A DNA stretch of 31,385 nt, taken from the IMG/VR virus record IMGVR_UViG_3300021560_000053, positions 1-31,385 of that record; one strand, given 5' to 3'. This DNA comes from a virus (taxonomy: Duplodnaviria > Caudoviricetes). The notes under the pieces were generated by a model. That model was not told the DNA's origin, did no database searches, and worked only from the letters and a program-made list of their open reading frames with translations. A program made the translations under genes and the position numbers. The number at the start of each line of letters is the position of its first letter. Position 1 is the first letter of the stretch. Below, in pieces: positions 21,161-29,664 of the stretch.

Positions 21161-23257
21161 TCACGTCCCCGGGTAGTGACAGGTCCAGAACGACGCGCCG
21201 GGCGACGGCCCTCCATCGCTACCGCACCCCTGCGTTTTCCACGGAAAGAAATCGAAGCCGCGCATGTTGACCGGCGGCGACACGGTGTTGCCCTGCATGT
21301 CCTGCCCCGGACCCATGTTCACCCGGAAGAAGACGTGCGATCCACTGGCGTAGATCGTCAGATATTGACCCGGCCCGGCGATTAGCCCGGCGGCGCCCGG
21401 CTTGAAGTCTCCGGAGACGCAGGCGGCTGTGCTACCGCCCGGCAGTGGGAACCCAGCCTGGTACATCACCCAGGAAGTCGACCCTGAGCAGTCCAGCCCG
21501 GTCGGACTCTTGTCCGACGCGCCACCCGCGACGTGACCGCCGCCCCACACGTATGGCAGCTTCATGTTCGACAGCGTTTGGGCGGCCGCGTAGATCGCGC
21601 CCGGCGTCTTCGGCGACGTGTCCGTGAGTGATGCCGCAGTTCCGGTCCCGGTTGGCGTCACGTACGTCGGCAGCGGCTCCGGATTCGGCGGCAGCGGTTG
21701 CACCAGCGTGAACTCACTGAACAGGTCGCCCTTCGTCCGGGTGATCTCGTCAATGATCCAGCGGCCCGGCAGCTTCGCCGTGCTCGCCTCGGCCGCCACG
21801 CCGAACTTATGCAGGATCACGACCTCCCCGGCGGCGAACTCGAACGGGTTCTTCGTGACCACCTGGATCTTGAAGTTCGTGGCGAGCTGGCGGTTGACCC
21901 AATCGTAGGACCAGGCCAGGGTGGTCGGGTCGTCGCGGTGGATCACGGCCGCCGGTTTCTGGGTGATGAAAACCTGGTCGGTGTCGTAGTAGATCCTGTC
22001 GCCGTCCACGACCAGCTCCCAGTTCACCTCCTGAGCCAGCCTGCACATCGCCGTCCAGTAGTCCTCGTTGACCTTCACCTGGAAGTAGTACGGCTGCGCC
22101 ACCTTACTCGTCCCGGTGACACCCGGCGCCCCACCCGCGCCGCCGCCTCCGGCGACGATCGCTTGAGCCTCGGCGATGATCTGGACCATGTTGTTGTGCT
22201 GGCCGTACTGGCCGTAGCCGGACGGCCCCCAATCACCCGGCCCGATCCAGGCCCCGGCGTTGTGGACGCCGAGTTGACCGATGTTCTGGTATTGCTGGCT
22301 CAGCGTGATCGCGCCCTGGTAGCCCTTGCCGCCGCTGAACGCCGCCTTGATCTCGGCCTGAGCAACGGCGTCGGACCCTGGACTTCCCAGCGAGCCGAAG
22401 TTCTGGACGCTGCCTGCCAGCAGCCCACCGTAGGTCGGATTCCACTGGACCTCCTCACCCAGCACCGACTCGCAGATCCCCTGGAGCACGACCGCCTCAA
22501 GCGCCGCCTGCGGCGCCGACACCGACTCGCCGATCTGAAGGATCATCGTGGCGAAGTGCATCTGCGACTTGTTCAGCGGCACGCCCTTGGCGGTGAGCGT
22601 TGCGGCGTTCGCCCCCAGCCCTTTCGATTTCGCCGCCTTCTTGTTCGGTGCCTTGGAGGACGATCGGGTCGATGTCTCCTTCTGCGTGTCGTAGACCGTG
22701 TTGGCCTGCCCGATCGGCTGTTTGATGTCCAGCTCCTTGGAGTAGAACTCGATCTCCGGGACCTTGGCGCACAGCATCTTCAGGAACTCCGCCCGGGTCT
22801 TTGACGCGCGGTTGACCTGGACCGGCCCGAACTGCCCCATCAGCCGCCCGACCGATCGCGGCAGGAACGTCAGCACGATCTCGCGGTTCGCCCCGTTGGG
22901 CGAGAACTGGTTCAGGCGCCACCAGTAGCGCGAAGCATCCGGGTAGTTGATGTCGATGTCCAGCAGCTTGCCGGTGTCGTCGGCCGTGAAAAAACCGGAG
23001 TCCAGGATGACCCATTGCGGGTCCTGGATCGTGATCGCCAGCGACGGCGCCCCGACCCGCGTGTGGTCCAGGTCGATCTTCGTGATGTGCGCAGCCAGGT
23101 CGGCGACGGACTTGCCCAGTTCCTGATTCTTCTTCTTGCCGGTGTAGACGATCTGGTAGGCCAGGACGTGCGCGTCTGATGTCGTGTCCTCATAGTCGAT
23201 GTCCAGCTCCTGGACCATCGCCTTCACATCGGTGTAGGAGCCGAGGTTCGGACTCAC
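21161..23257 (-). CDS. Baseplate hub / tail-associated lysin with C-terminal NlpC/P60 peptidase
   Basis: Hub-like LAQEVNWELVVDG...AGEVVIL...GRWIIDEI; LPYVWGGGH...GLDCSG...HVF; true start GTG 23257 (GTGA overlap). Confidence 0.85.
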   Translation of the reverse strand: MSPNLGSYTDVKAMVQELDIDYEDTTSDAHVLAYQIVYTGKKKNQELGKSVADLAAHITKIDLDHTRVGAPSLAITIQDPQWVILDSGFFTADDTGKLLDIDINYPDASRYWWRLNQFSPNGANREIVLTFLPRSVGRLMGQFGPVQVNRASKTRAEFLKMLCAKVPEIEFYSKELDIKQPIGQANTVYDTQKETSTRSSSKAPNKKAAKSKGLGANAATLTAKGVPLNKSQMHFATMILQIGESVSAPQAALEAVVLQGICESVLGEEVQWNPTYGGLLAGSVQNFGSLGSPGSDAVAQAEIKAAFSGGKGYQGAITLSQQYQNIGQLGVHNAGAWIGPGDWGPSGYGQYGQHNNMVQIIAEAQAIVAGGGGAGGAPGVTGTSKVAQPYYFQVKVNEDYWTAMCRLAQEVNWELVVDGDRIYYDTDQVFITQKPAAVIHRDDPTTLAWSYDWVNRQLATNFKIQVVTKNPFEFAAGEVVILHKFGVAAEASTAKLPGRWIIDEITRTKGDLFSEFTLVQPLPPNPEPLPTYVTPTGTGTAASLTDTSPKTPGAIYAAAQTLSNMKLPYVWGGGHVAGGASDKSPTGLDCSGSTSWVMYQAGFPLPGGSTAACVSGDFKPGAAGLIAGPGQYLTIYASGSHVFFRVNMGPGQDMQGNTVSPPVNMRGFDFFPWKTQGCGSDGGPSPGASFWTCHYPGT

Positions 23258-24126
23258 TTCGGCGCCGCCTTCTTCTTGCCCGGGAAGTGATCGCCCTTCG
23301 GCACCGACATCTGGAACCGCACGGCCGTGGAGCGGTGGATGAACCTCAGCGGCGTGTACTCGGTGAGCGTGATCGTCGCCTTCTGGCGCGTCCGGAAGCC
23401 CGACTCGTTCCGCATCACGTCGGCGTCGTCCCAGGCGATGGCGGTGATCCGGAAAGCGGGCGCGTTGGGATGCTGCGGCGTCCACTGATAGGCGAACGGG
23501 ATCAGCGGCACGATGTCGCCAGCGTCGTTCGTCGTGCTCACCACGATCACCGCCGGAGGGCCGAAGCCAGACCCCTGAAACCGCCCACGCCCAGCCATCC
23601 GCTCCAACGTCGTGATCCGCTGCTCAATCGACGCCCGGCCGTGATAGGCCCCCGCGTGGCTCCCGCCCATATCCGTCGCCGACGAGAACTGGATGTCAAT
23701 GTCCATCTCGATTGGCGGGTAGCCCAGGAAGCGGTTGATCCCGACCCGCCCCGGTACCGCCACCACGTCAAACTCGGCATACGCCTTCTTGATGACCGGC
23801 GGCTTGTCCCCAGCCAACACCGAGAAGTAGAAACCCGGCCGCATCGTCCCCGGCAGCTTGATCCGCGCGCCCGGACGCAGGTAGTGCGTAGTCGACTTCA
23901 GCTTCGGCGTCGGCGGCCGCCGCTGATGCGGCTTCGGCCTGGAGTGCGGCAGCACGTCGCGCCCCAGGTTGAGACGCAGGATGATGTCTGCCAGCTCAGG
24001 CTGCCCGCGCCGAGCCGCCATCTTCTTGATCGTGTCCTGGTGGCCCTGCGCCGTCGCCCAGGTGTAATGACTGTAGGTCGCATCCGGGTCTGCGAGAGAC
24101 GAGAAGTTGATGAGCTGAAGGCCCAC
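23254..24126 (-). CDS. Tail-tube initiator / LysM-like baseplate protein
   Basis: Position after the TMP; DTIKKMAAR...IILRLN...LRPGARIKLP (LysM-like) and a tube-like FRITAIAWD...RQKATITLTEY. Confidence 0.7.
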   Translation of the reverse strand: MGLQLINFSSLADPDATYSHYTWATAQGHQDTIKKMAARRGQPELADIILRLNLGRDVLPHSRPKPHQRRPPTPKLKSTTHYLRPGARIKLPGTMRPGFYFSVLAGDKPPVIKKAYAEFDVVAVPGRVGINRFLGYPPIEMDIDIQFSSATDMGGSHAGAYHGRASIEQRITTLERMAGRGRFQGSGFGPPAVIVVSTTNDAGDIVPLIPFAYQWTPQHPNAPAFRITAIAWDDADVMRNESGFRTRQKATITLTEYTPLRFIHRSTAVRFQMSVPKGDHFPGKKKAAPK

Positions 24127-26012
24127 TACGACCTCGCCGCCTGTAGCAGGCCCTGGCGGTTGACCGCCTGCGCCAGCACCTTGCCGTCCACGATCAGCGC
24201 CTGACTGTTCTGCATGACCGCCGCGATCAGCTCGCGTAGCAGCGCATTCGTCTGCGCCAGGTCGTTCTGAGTGGACACGTTCGCGCCCTGCGGCAGCGTC
24301 ACCAGCTCCGGCCCGCGCTCACCGACCACGAAAGCGCCGGAGTACGGCACGATCCCACCCGCCGCAAGACCGGGGAACGACGGCAGCGGGATCGGGATCG
24401 GTCCGATGTGATGCACATGGAACGACGGCAGGTGGTGCTTGACCCACTCAAACGCCTTACGGAACGGCCAGGTGAGCGCGTGGAAGATGTCACCGCCGAT
24501 GTCCTTGATGACCTTCAGGAGTTCGCCCGGCAGCTTCTTGACGGTGTCCCAATGCTCGATGATCCAGCCGATCGCCAGACCGAACGGCCCGAACAGCAGG
24601 CCCGCCAGCAGGTACCAGTGCCCCTTGATGAAGTCGAACACGTCGATCGCCGCGTTCTTGACCCAGTTGAAGGCCGCCACCACGTCCTGGAACGCGCTGT
24701 TGACGAAGTCCCGGAACCACCGGATGTGCTTGTAGGCCAGGATCAGAGCGGCCACGATCGCCGCGATGGCCAGCACCGTGAACAGGAGCGGGTTGGCCGC
24801 GACCACAAGGTTGAACGCCTCCCAGGCTGCGGTCACGCCGCCCATGACCCCATTCATCGCCACCGCCATCGCCATCTGAACCACGAACTGCGACTTGAGG
24901 ATGTCCATCACGGCGTTGGTGATGATGAGCTGCGCGTTGTAGGCGACCCACACAGCCACCAGCCCGGCCAGCACCGGCCAGATGTCCTTCAGGATGCCGA
25001 ACAGGAACTTGAGCAGGTCGACCAGGACCTTCAGCGTGCTCACGAGCATTCCGCCCACTCCATGTCCCGTCATCATCTGGCGGACGAACGTCGCCAGCAC
25101 CCCGGCCACGGCCGAGATGATCGGCAGCAGCATCTCCCCCAGGTGAACCGCCAGGATGTCGACCGTGTTCTTCAGATTGTTGATCGCACCGGCCGATGTC
25201 TTCGAGTACTTCTCGGCAGCGCCGCCGAACTCCCGCTGGAGGGTCGCCAGCCCCTGCGTCTTGGTGGCCAGGATGTCCTGGTTCTTCGCCTGCTCCCGCT
25301 GCGCCGCCGTGACCGGCTTCAGGTGCTCGCCGTAGACCGCCAGCGACAGGTGCATCGCTGACAACTGACGGTTGTGCGCCGCAACCGCCTCGGCCGCCTT
25401 CTGGTGTGACGCGGTCAGCGCATCCTCGGCCGTCTTCACCGGTTGCAGGAAGATGCCCATTCGCGACAGGCCGGTCGTGCGGCCCGCCTCGACCATCATC
25501 ACCGCCCGGACGGCCCGCTCCAGGCCGATATGCGCCCGGCGCGAGATGTCGGTTGCCAGCGACATGAGGTGTTGGGCCTGTCCGACGTTTTTCGTCTCGG
25601 TCACCAGCCTGGTCAACCCCTGGATCGTCTCCAGCGGCGAGAAGCCGCCCTTTACCGCCAGCGTGTCGGCGAAGCCGCGCATCTGTTCAGCGGCGTCCTT
25701 GGCCGGATTGCGGACGTTGTTCTTGATCGCCCCGCCTAGCTGAACCATCGACTCCTGCATTTGCTGCGCGGCCCGGATCGACGCGGAGATGCCCAGCGTC
25801 AAACCGGCCACCCCGGCGATCCCCGCGACCTGCCCGGCGATCGACTTGACCGAGCCGAGCGCTGAGCGGAAGCCCAGGTGCTCGTCTGCGGCCGTCTTCG
25901 CCTTCTTGCCCGCCACCTCCGAAGCCGTCCCGACCCTTGCCACGTCGGCGGCAGCCGTCGCCGCACCGACCGACTTGATGATGACCAGGAGTTCTTCGGT
26001 GATCGTCGCCAT
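24126..26012 (-). CDS. Tape measure protein (628 aa)
   Basis: Ala/Gly-rich helical protein, hydrophobic AANPL..IAAIVAALILAYKH..WFR, aromatic repeats, LAAGG..VVGERGPELV, VDGKVLA. Confidence 0.9.
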   Translation of the reverse strand: MATITEELLVIIKSVGAATAAADVARVGTASEVAGKKAKTAADEHLGFRSALGSVKSIAGQVAGIAGVAGLTLGISASIRAAQQMQESMVQLGGAIKNNVRNPAKDAAEQMRGFADTLAVKGGFSPLETIQGLTRLVTETKNVGQAQHLMSLATDISRRAHIGLERAVRAVMMVEAGRTTGLSRMGIFLQPVKTAEDALTASHQKAAEAVAAHNRQLSAMHLSLAVYGEHLKPVTAAQREQAKNQDILATKTQGLATLQREFGGAAEKYSKTSAGAINNLKNTVDILAVHLGEMLLPIISAVAGVLATFVRQMMTGHGVGGMLVSTLKVLVDLLKFLFGILKDIWPVLAGLVAVWVAYNAQLIITNAVMDILKSQFVVQMAMAVAMNGVMGGVTAAWEAFNLVVAANPLLFTVLAIAAIVAALILAYKHIRWFRDFVNSAFQDVVAAFNWVKNAAIDVFDFIKGHWYLLAGLLFGPFGLAIGWIIEHWDTVKKLPGELLKVIKDIGGDIFHALTWPFRKAFEWVKHHLPSFHVHHIGPIPIPLPSFPGLAAGGIVPYSGAFVVGERGPELVTLPQGANVSTQNDLAQTNALLRELIAAVMQNSQALIVDGKVLAQAVNRQGLLQAARS

Positions 26013-26204
26013 CTACGCCGCCCGCGCCCTCGCCTCCGCCCTCGCCTCCGCCTGCCGTTGCGTCTCCGCAACCAGGTCCGAGACGATCGACAGGCCCAGG
26101 TGGTAGTTGCCCCACGGCTCACCGAACAGCCGCGACGTGTCGGCGTTGATGCCCAGGACGGCGCAGTTGTGGGCCAGGGTCAAGACGCCGTCTCCGGAAA
26201 ATCC
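26013..26204 (-). CDS. Tail assembly chaperone, -1 frameshift extension (gpGT-like)
   Basis: The -1 frame is open from the slippery G GAT TTT (26204-26198) to TAG abutting the TMP start. Confidence 0.75.
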   Translation of the reverse strand, partial: GFSGDGVLTLAHNCAVLGINADTSRLFGEPWGNYHLGLSIVSDLVAETQRQAEARAEARARAA

Positions 26205-26683
26205 GCTGCCAGCTCCTTCTCGACGCTCGCGTTGCCGCGCGTGTTCCACTGGTACCAGTCGCCGTGAAGCTCGCCGACGCCCTTGCCGTCGTCCAGCAAC
26301 CGGATCAGCGCCGCCCGCTCCGGGACAGAACCGTCAAGCGTCGGGTCATACGCCTGCGCCAGACCCATCCAGTCCAGCCCTTCGGCGTATTCCGGCTCAC
26401 CGTTCGGCTGGACCTTGTAGAAACCGACCGTGGCAGCCAGGATCTGATCGGCCGCCGTGTAGAGCGTCCGCAACGAGTCGTCGCGCTGACGAACGTGCTT
26501 CAGCGCCAGGTCAGTCGCCCGCTTGTAGCCGAGTACCTGCATCTCGACCTTGACGATCGACTCAAAGCCCGGCACGTCGAACAGCTCCGTCGTCCGCTGC
26601 TCACGCTGACGACGGACCTCCTGCATCCGCTCCTCGAATGCGCCATCACGCCCCGGGTGCAGGACCTCCGGATAGTCGCCCAT
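26180..26683 (-). CDS. Tail assembly chaperone (gpG-like)
   Basis: Between tube and TMP; AGGAGG SD; ends ...AADFPETAS. Confidence 0.8.
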   Translation of the reverse strand: MGDYPEVLHPGRDGAFEERMQEVRRQREQRTTELFDVPGFESIVKVEMQVLGYKRATDLALKHVRQRDDSLRTLYTAADQILAATVGFYKVQPNGEPEYAEGLDWMGLAQAYDPTLDGSVPERAALIRLLDDGKGVGELHGDWYQWNTRGNASVEKELAADFPETAS

Positions 26684-26709
26684 CTGTTCCTCCTGACATG
26701 ACTTGACTT

Positions 26710-26725
26710 GTCCGACCGGTCGGAC
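26710..26725. repeat. 16-bp palindrome GTCCGACCGGTCGGAC (copy 2)
   Basis: Perfect palindrome right after the tube gene stop. Confidence 0.65.
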
Positions 26726-27144
26726 TACGCCGCCACCTCGTGGCAGCCAACGGTGACCGTGTACATCCCGACCGCCGCGTTCTCGGTGTGAACCTCCGGA
26801 AGGTGGGCGCCCTTCAGCACGCCCTTGATCGTGTGCTGCTTGCCCATCGCCTTGCCGGAGTTGTTCAGGTACCCGATCGTGATGACGCAGTTGCCCTTCC
26901 CGACCTTCGACTCCAGCCTCTTGTGCTGCCCAACCATGATGTCCGAGTTCTGGATCTCAAGGACGGCATCGGAGCGGGTGGCAAAGCCGCCCAGCTCGAC
27001 CTCTTTGCCCATCGCGCCCGGGCGGGTCTTCGCCCCGGCCGCCGTGAGCTGCGCGCCTGTGAACGAGAACCACGAGTTGCCGTCGCCGTAGTTCGCGCCA
27101 TCACACTTGAAGGTGATATGTGCCTGTTCCTGCCGGATATACAT
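26725..27144 (-). CDS. Tail tube protein
   Basis: 139 aa after the sheath; W.SFTG...KTRPGAMG.EVELGG...G.LKG...PE...AVGMYTVTV. Confidence 0.75.
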   Translation of the reverse strand: MYIRQEQAHITFKCDGANYGDGNSWFSFTGAQLTAAGAKTRPGAMGKEVELGGFATRSDAVLEIQNSDIMVGQHKRLESKVGKGNCVITIGYLNNSGKAMGKQHTIKGVLKGAHLPEVHTENAAVGMYTVTVGCHEVAA

Positions 27145-27165
27145 AACCTCACTCCTTCTGGCCGA

Positions 27166-28332
27166 TCACGGGGCTGACCCGATCACGGAGCTGCCCACCA
27201 CACCCGCGATCGGGACGCTGACGAGATTGATAACGACCTTGTTCGTGTACTGGCTCAGCCTTGCCTCCACGATCGCGTTGAGCGTGGCCGTCGCCGCCGT
27301 CGCCGTCGTGTTGATACTGGAGGACACGTTGACGTTGTAGGCGTCCGCCGGGGTGTCACCAAAGAGCGCGTCCGCCGCGTACAGGTCCGCGCACATCGCG
27401 GCCAGCTCGCCGCCCAGCTCAGCAGCCAGCTTCCCGGCGCCATCCAGGGTCCGCATGTAGTAGTTCTCCCCGATCGCCAGGCTCTGCGCCTTCATGTACA
27501 TACGGGTGCGGGCGCAGTTGAGCTGCCAGAACGGTGTCGTCGTCAGCGGCGTGCCCTGGAAAACCGGCGTGACGAAGCCGTAGTTCTCCAGCGTCCCCCA
27601 GCGGTTCGCGCCCATGTTGACGCCCTTCTGGAACAGCGCCGCGCGGTCGGAGTCGTTGGGGTCGTAGAGGAAGCCGTTGACGTACAGGAACGGGAAGTCA
27701 CGGCCGCCCGCCGCCCGGCCCGGGTTGCCGGTCTGGTCGACACGAGCGCACATTCCGGCGATGGCCGCTGACATCGGGATGTTGCGCGGCCCGGCGGTCA
27801 CCACGTACGGAGGACCGGGCGTCACCACCCACGAGCCGAACAGGCCGACGTTCTCCATGTTCGGCAGCGCCTGCGCGCTGGTGCCGTTCGTTGACCACGC
27901 CGCCAGTGCCACATCGGCCGCGTTGCCGTCCAGCAGGCCGATCCGGTTGTTGTTGTCGCAGTGGGTCTGGATCGCGCCGTAGATCGCCGCACCGTTCGTC
28001 GTCTCACCGACTACAGCCACCTGGCCAGGGCCGAGACGGTAGTCAAACAGCGGCAGCGTCGTTGAGTAGCCCCCGGCGGTTGCGTAGCCCATCACCCACG
28101 CCTGCGTCAGGCCCTCCCGGAAGGCCACATCCAGCCAGTCCCAGACGGCGGTGTTCGGACCGGTGCGCGGCCCGTAGCCAGCTCCTTCAAAGTCGGCCGT
28201 GGAGCCGCACAGAACCGGCTTCGCCGGAGGTGTGCCTCCGGTGATTCCGGTGACGAACGCCTGGCTGGTATTGACCGGTACGCCCAGCGCAGCGGGCGCG
28301 GTCTTCTCGTTGACAATGACGCCGAATGACAT
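27166..28332 (-). CDS. Contractile tail sheath protein (compact, 388 aa)
   Basis: AFVTG...DFE..YG.R...HCDNNNRIGLLD...PMSAAIAGMCARVD...LFQKGVN...WQLNCARTR...AYNVNV. Confidence 0.9.
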   Translation of the reverse strand: MSFGVIVNEKTAPAALGVPVNTSQAFVTGITGGTPPAKPVLCGSTADFEGAGYGPRTGPNTAVWDWLDVAFREGLTQAWVMGYATAGGYSTTLPLFDYRLGPGQVAVVGETTNGAAIYGAIQTHCDNNNRIGLLDGNAADVALAAWSTNGTSAQALPNMENVGLFGSWVVTPGPPYVVTAGPRNIPMSAAIAGMCARVDQTGNPGRAAGGRDFPFLYVNGFLYDPNDSDRAALFQKGVNMGANRWGTLENYGFVTPVFQGTPLTTTPFWQLNCARTRMYMKAQSLAIGENYYMRTLDGAGKLAAELGGELAAMCADLYAADALFGDTPADAYNVNVSSSINTTATAATATLNAIVEARLSQYTNKVVINLVSVPIAGVVGSSVIGSAP

Positions 28333-28334
28333 GC

Positions 28335-29048
28335 TCAGCCTCCTGGCCCGCTCGTAATGGGTGGCATCTGCTCACCCAAGACCTCAATGTCCACCTCGGT
28401 GATGGTGGCCTCATCCAGGTACGTTTCGGCGTCCGGCTGGTCAGGCCCAGGCAACGGCTGGACGATCTGATCGGTGTACGCCTGGAACAGCGAGATCGCT
28501 GCCAGGCTGTAGCGCCCTGCTCCGGTTGCGTCCGGTACCTCCTCATATCGCATCCCCTGGTAATGCAGACTGTCGATCGGTGCTCCTCGCACCTTTTGCA
28601 ACGCCAGTCTCCGGAAGATGCCCTCGTACAGCCCCGCCAGGAACCTGGTCGATGGCGGGTTCTTCGCCCTGAGCACGGTCGCCATGCGAACCGCCCAGGT
28701 GCCCTGATACATGCGGTCGGTGCCGCCCTCGGCGGCCGCCAACTGCGCCGTCATCACGATCACCGCCGGGAGCCTGTGATCCAGGAACTCTTGCCCGGCG
28801 AACGTGTTCGCGTAGACCCTCGGCGTACTCGGTTGGAAGGACAGGTTGCGCTCGATGCGAAGCCGGTTCAGGTAGGTCGGCGCCCACGTCTTCATCGTGC
28901 TCAGGACTAGCTGGTCGATGTCCGGCCCGCAGACCAGCGGCCCCCAGTTCGCGATGCCGATGCCCGGCGGCTCATTTACGACCGGGAGCGTGAAGTCAAC
29001 CGTGTCCTCGTTCGGATCGGCGTAGCCGGGGGGGACGGTGAGGCTCAC
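28335..29048 (-). CDS. Tail terminator / completion protein
   Basis: Position before the sheath; LPAVIVMT...YQGTW..RMATV pattern. Confidence 0.65.
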   Translation of the reverse strand: MSLTVPPGYADPNEDTVDFTLPVVNEPPGIGIANWGPLVCGPDIDQLVLSTMKTWAPTYLNRLRIERNLSFQPSTPRVYANTFAGQEFLDHRLPAVIVMTAQLAAAEGGTDRMYQGTWAVRMATVLRAKNPPSTRFLAGLYEGIFRRLALQKVRGAPIDSLHYQGMRYEEVPDATGAGRYSLAAISLFQAYTDQIVQPLPGPDQPDAETYLDEATITEVDIEVLGEQMPPITSGPGG

Positions 29049-29617
29049 GGCTCTCCCATCACGTACTCGCCCAGCGCCACCGTCAGCTCATCGCCCTGCG
29101 ACTTGTCCACCTTGAGGATCGCGGACGGGTGGCCGTGACGCACCAGGCCGCCAGCCGGGGTGATCGGCCCCGGGTCCTCGACCTGGAACGGCGCGTAGTA
29201 GATCGAAGACCCGAACACGGCGCCGGTCGGCAGAACCCGGCGGATCGCACCCTCGGCGTGCTCGTTTGTCAGCGAGTCGCGCAACCGTCCCGTGTCGACG
29301 TACTGGTCACCGAAGAACTTCTCCTCGGACTTCTCCAGGCGGTTCATCGCCTCCTTCATCACCGGCTCCTGATGCGTCAGTCGCCAGGCGATGCCGTCGC
29401 AGCGGCGCATGAGTCGTTCGGCGCCAACAATGTCAACGTCCACGTTCGGCGCCGGGGTGGTCGGCCCCGGACCGCTGCCCGCGTCCGAGAGGACACGCCG
29501 CTCCAGGCTACTGCCCGTGTCCTCGGCGGCGGTGACCGTCGTGTCCTCGACGGCGACCGTAGCGTCTTCCAGGCCGACAGCCGCGACATCGGCGATCTCA
29601 GGGATCAGGAATGACAT
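29045..29617 (-). CDS. Neck / virion morphogenesis protein (HK97 gp10 / Mu gpG-like)
   Basis: VDTGRLRDSL...VFGSSIYYAPFQ motif. Confidence 0.8.
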   Translation of the reverse strand: MSFLIPEIADVAAVGLEDATVAVEDTTVTAAEDTGSSLERRVLSDAGSGPGPTTPAPNVDVDIVGAERLMRRCDGIAWRLTHQEPVMKEAMNRLEKSEEKFFGDQYVDTGRLRDSLTNEHAEGAIRRVLPTGAVFGSSIYYAPFQVEDPGPITPAGGLVRHGHPSAILKVDKSQGDELTVALGEYVMGEP

Positions 29618-29627
29618 CAGGCTCCTA

Positions 29628-29664
29628 CTTGGCCGCTTGTCGATTCGCCGTACATCTGGCCTAG
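29628..29664. repeat. Inverted-repeat site 6 (CTTGGCC-N23-GGCCTAG)
   Basis: Inner arms gcttgtc/agatgta; fills the adaptor-neck intergenic gap. Confidence 0.7.

Noticed and set aside
23258-23485. N-terminal 76 aa of the 774-aa hub ORF (similar over-extensions at 5275, 3429, 12577, 13799 and 14886)
   Set aside because: They overlap upstream genes; coupled starts or SD sites support the shorter starts
15857-28332. Tailocin or extracellular contractile injection system
   Set aside because: Capsid, adaptor, neck and replication genes are contiguous, so this is a phage
11433-28380. Other TTGGCC/CTGGCC occurrences (11433, 14030, 25698, 28342) as extra IR sites
   Set aside because: No matching second arm at 23-25 nt spacing or no inner AWGT
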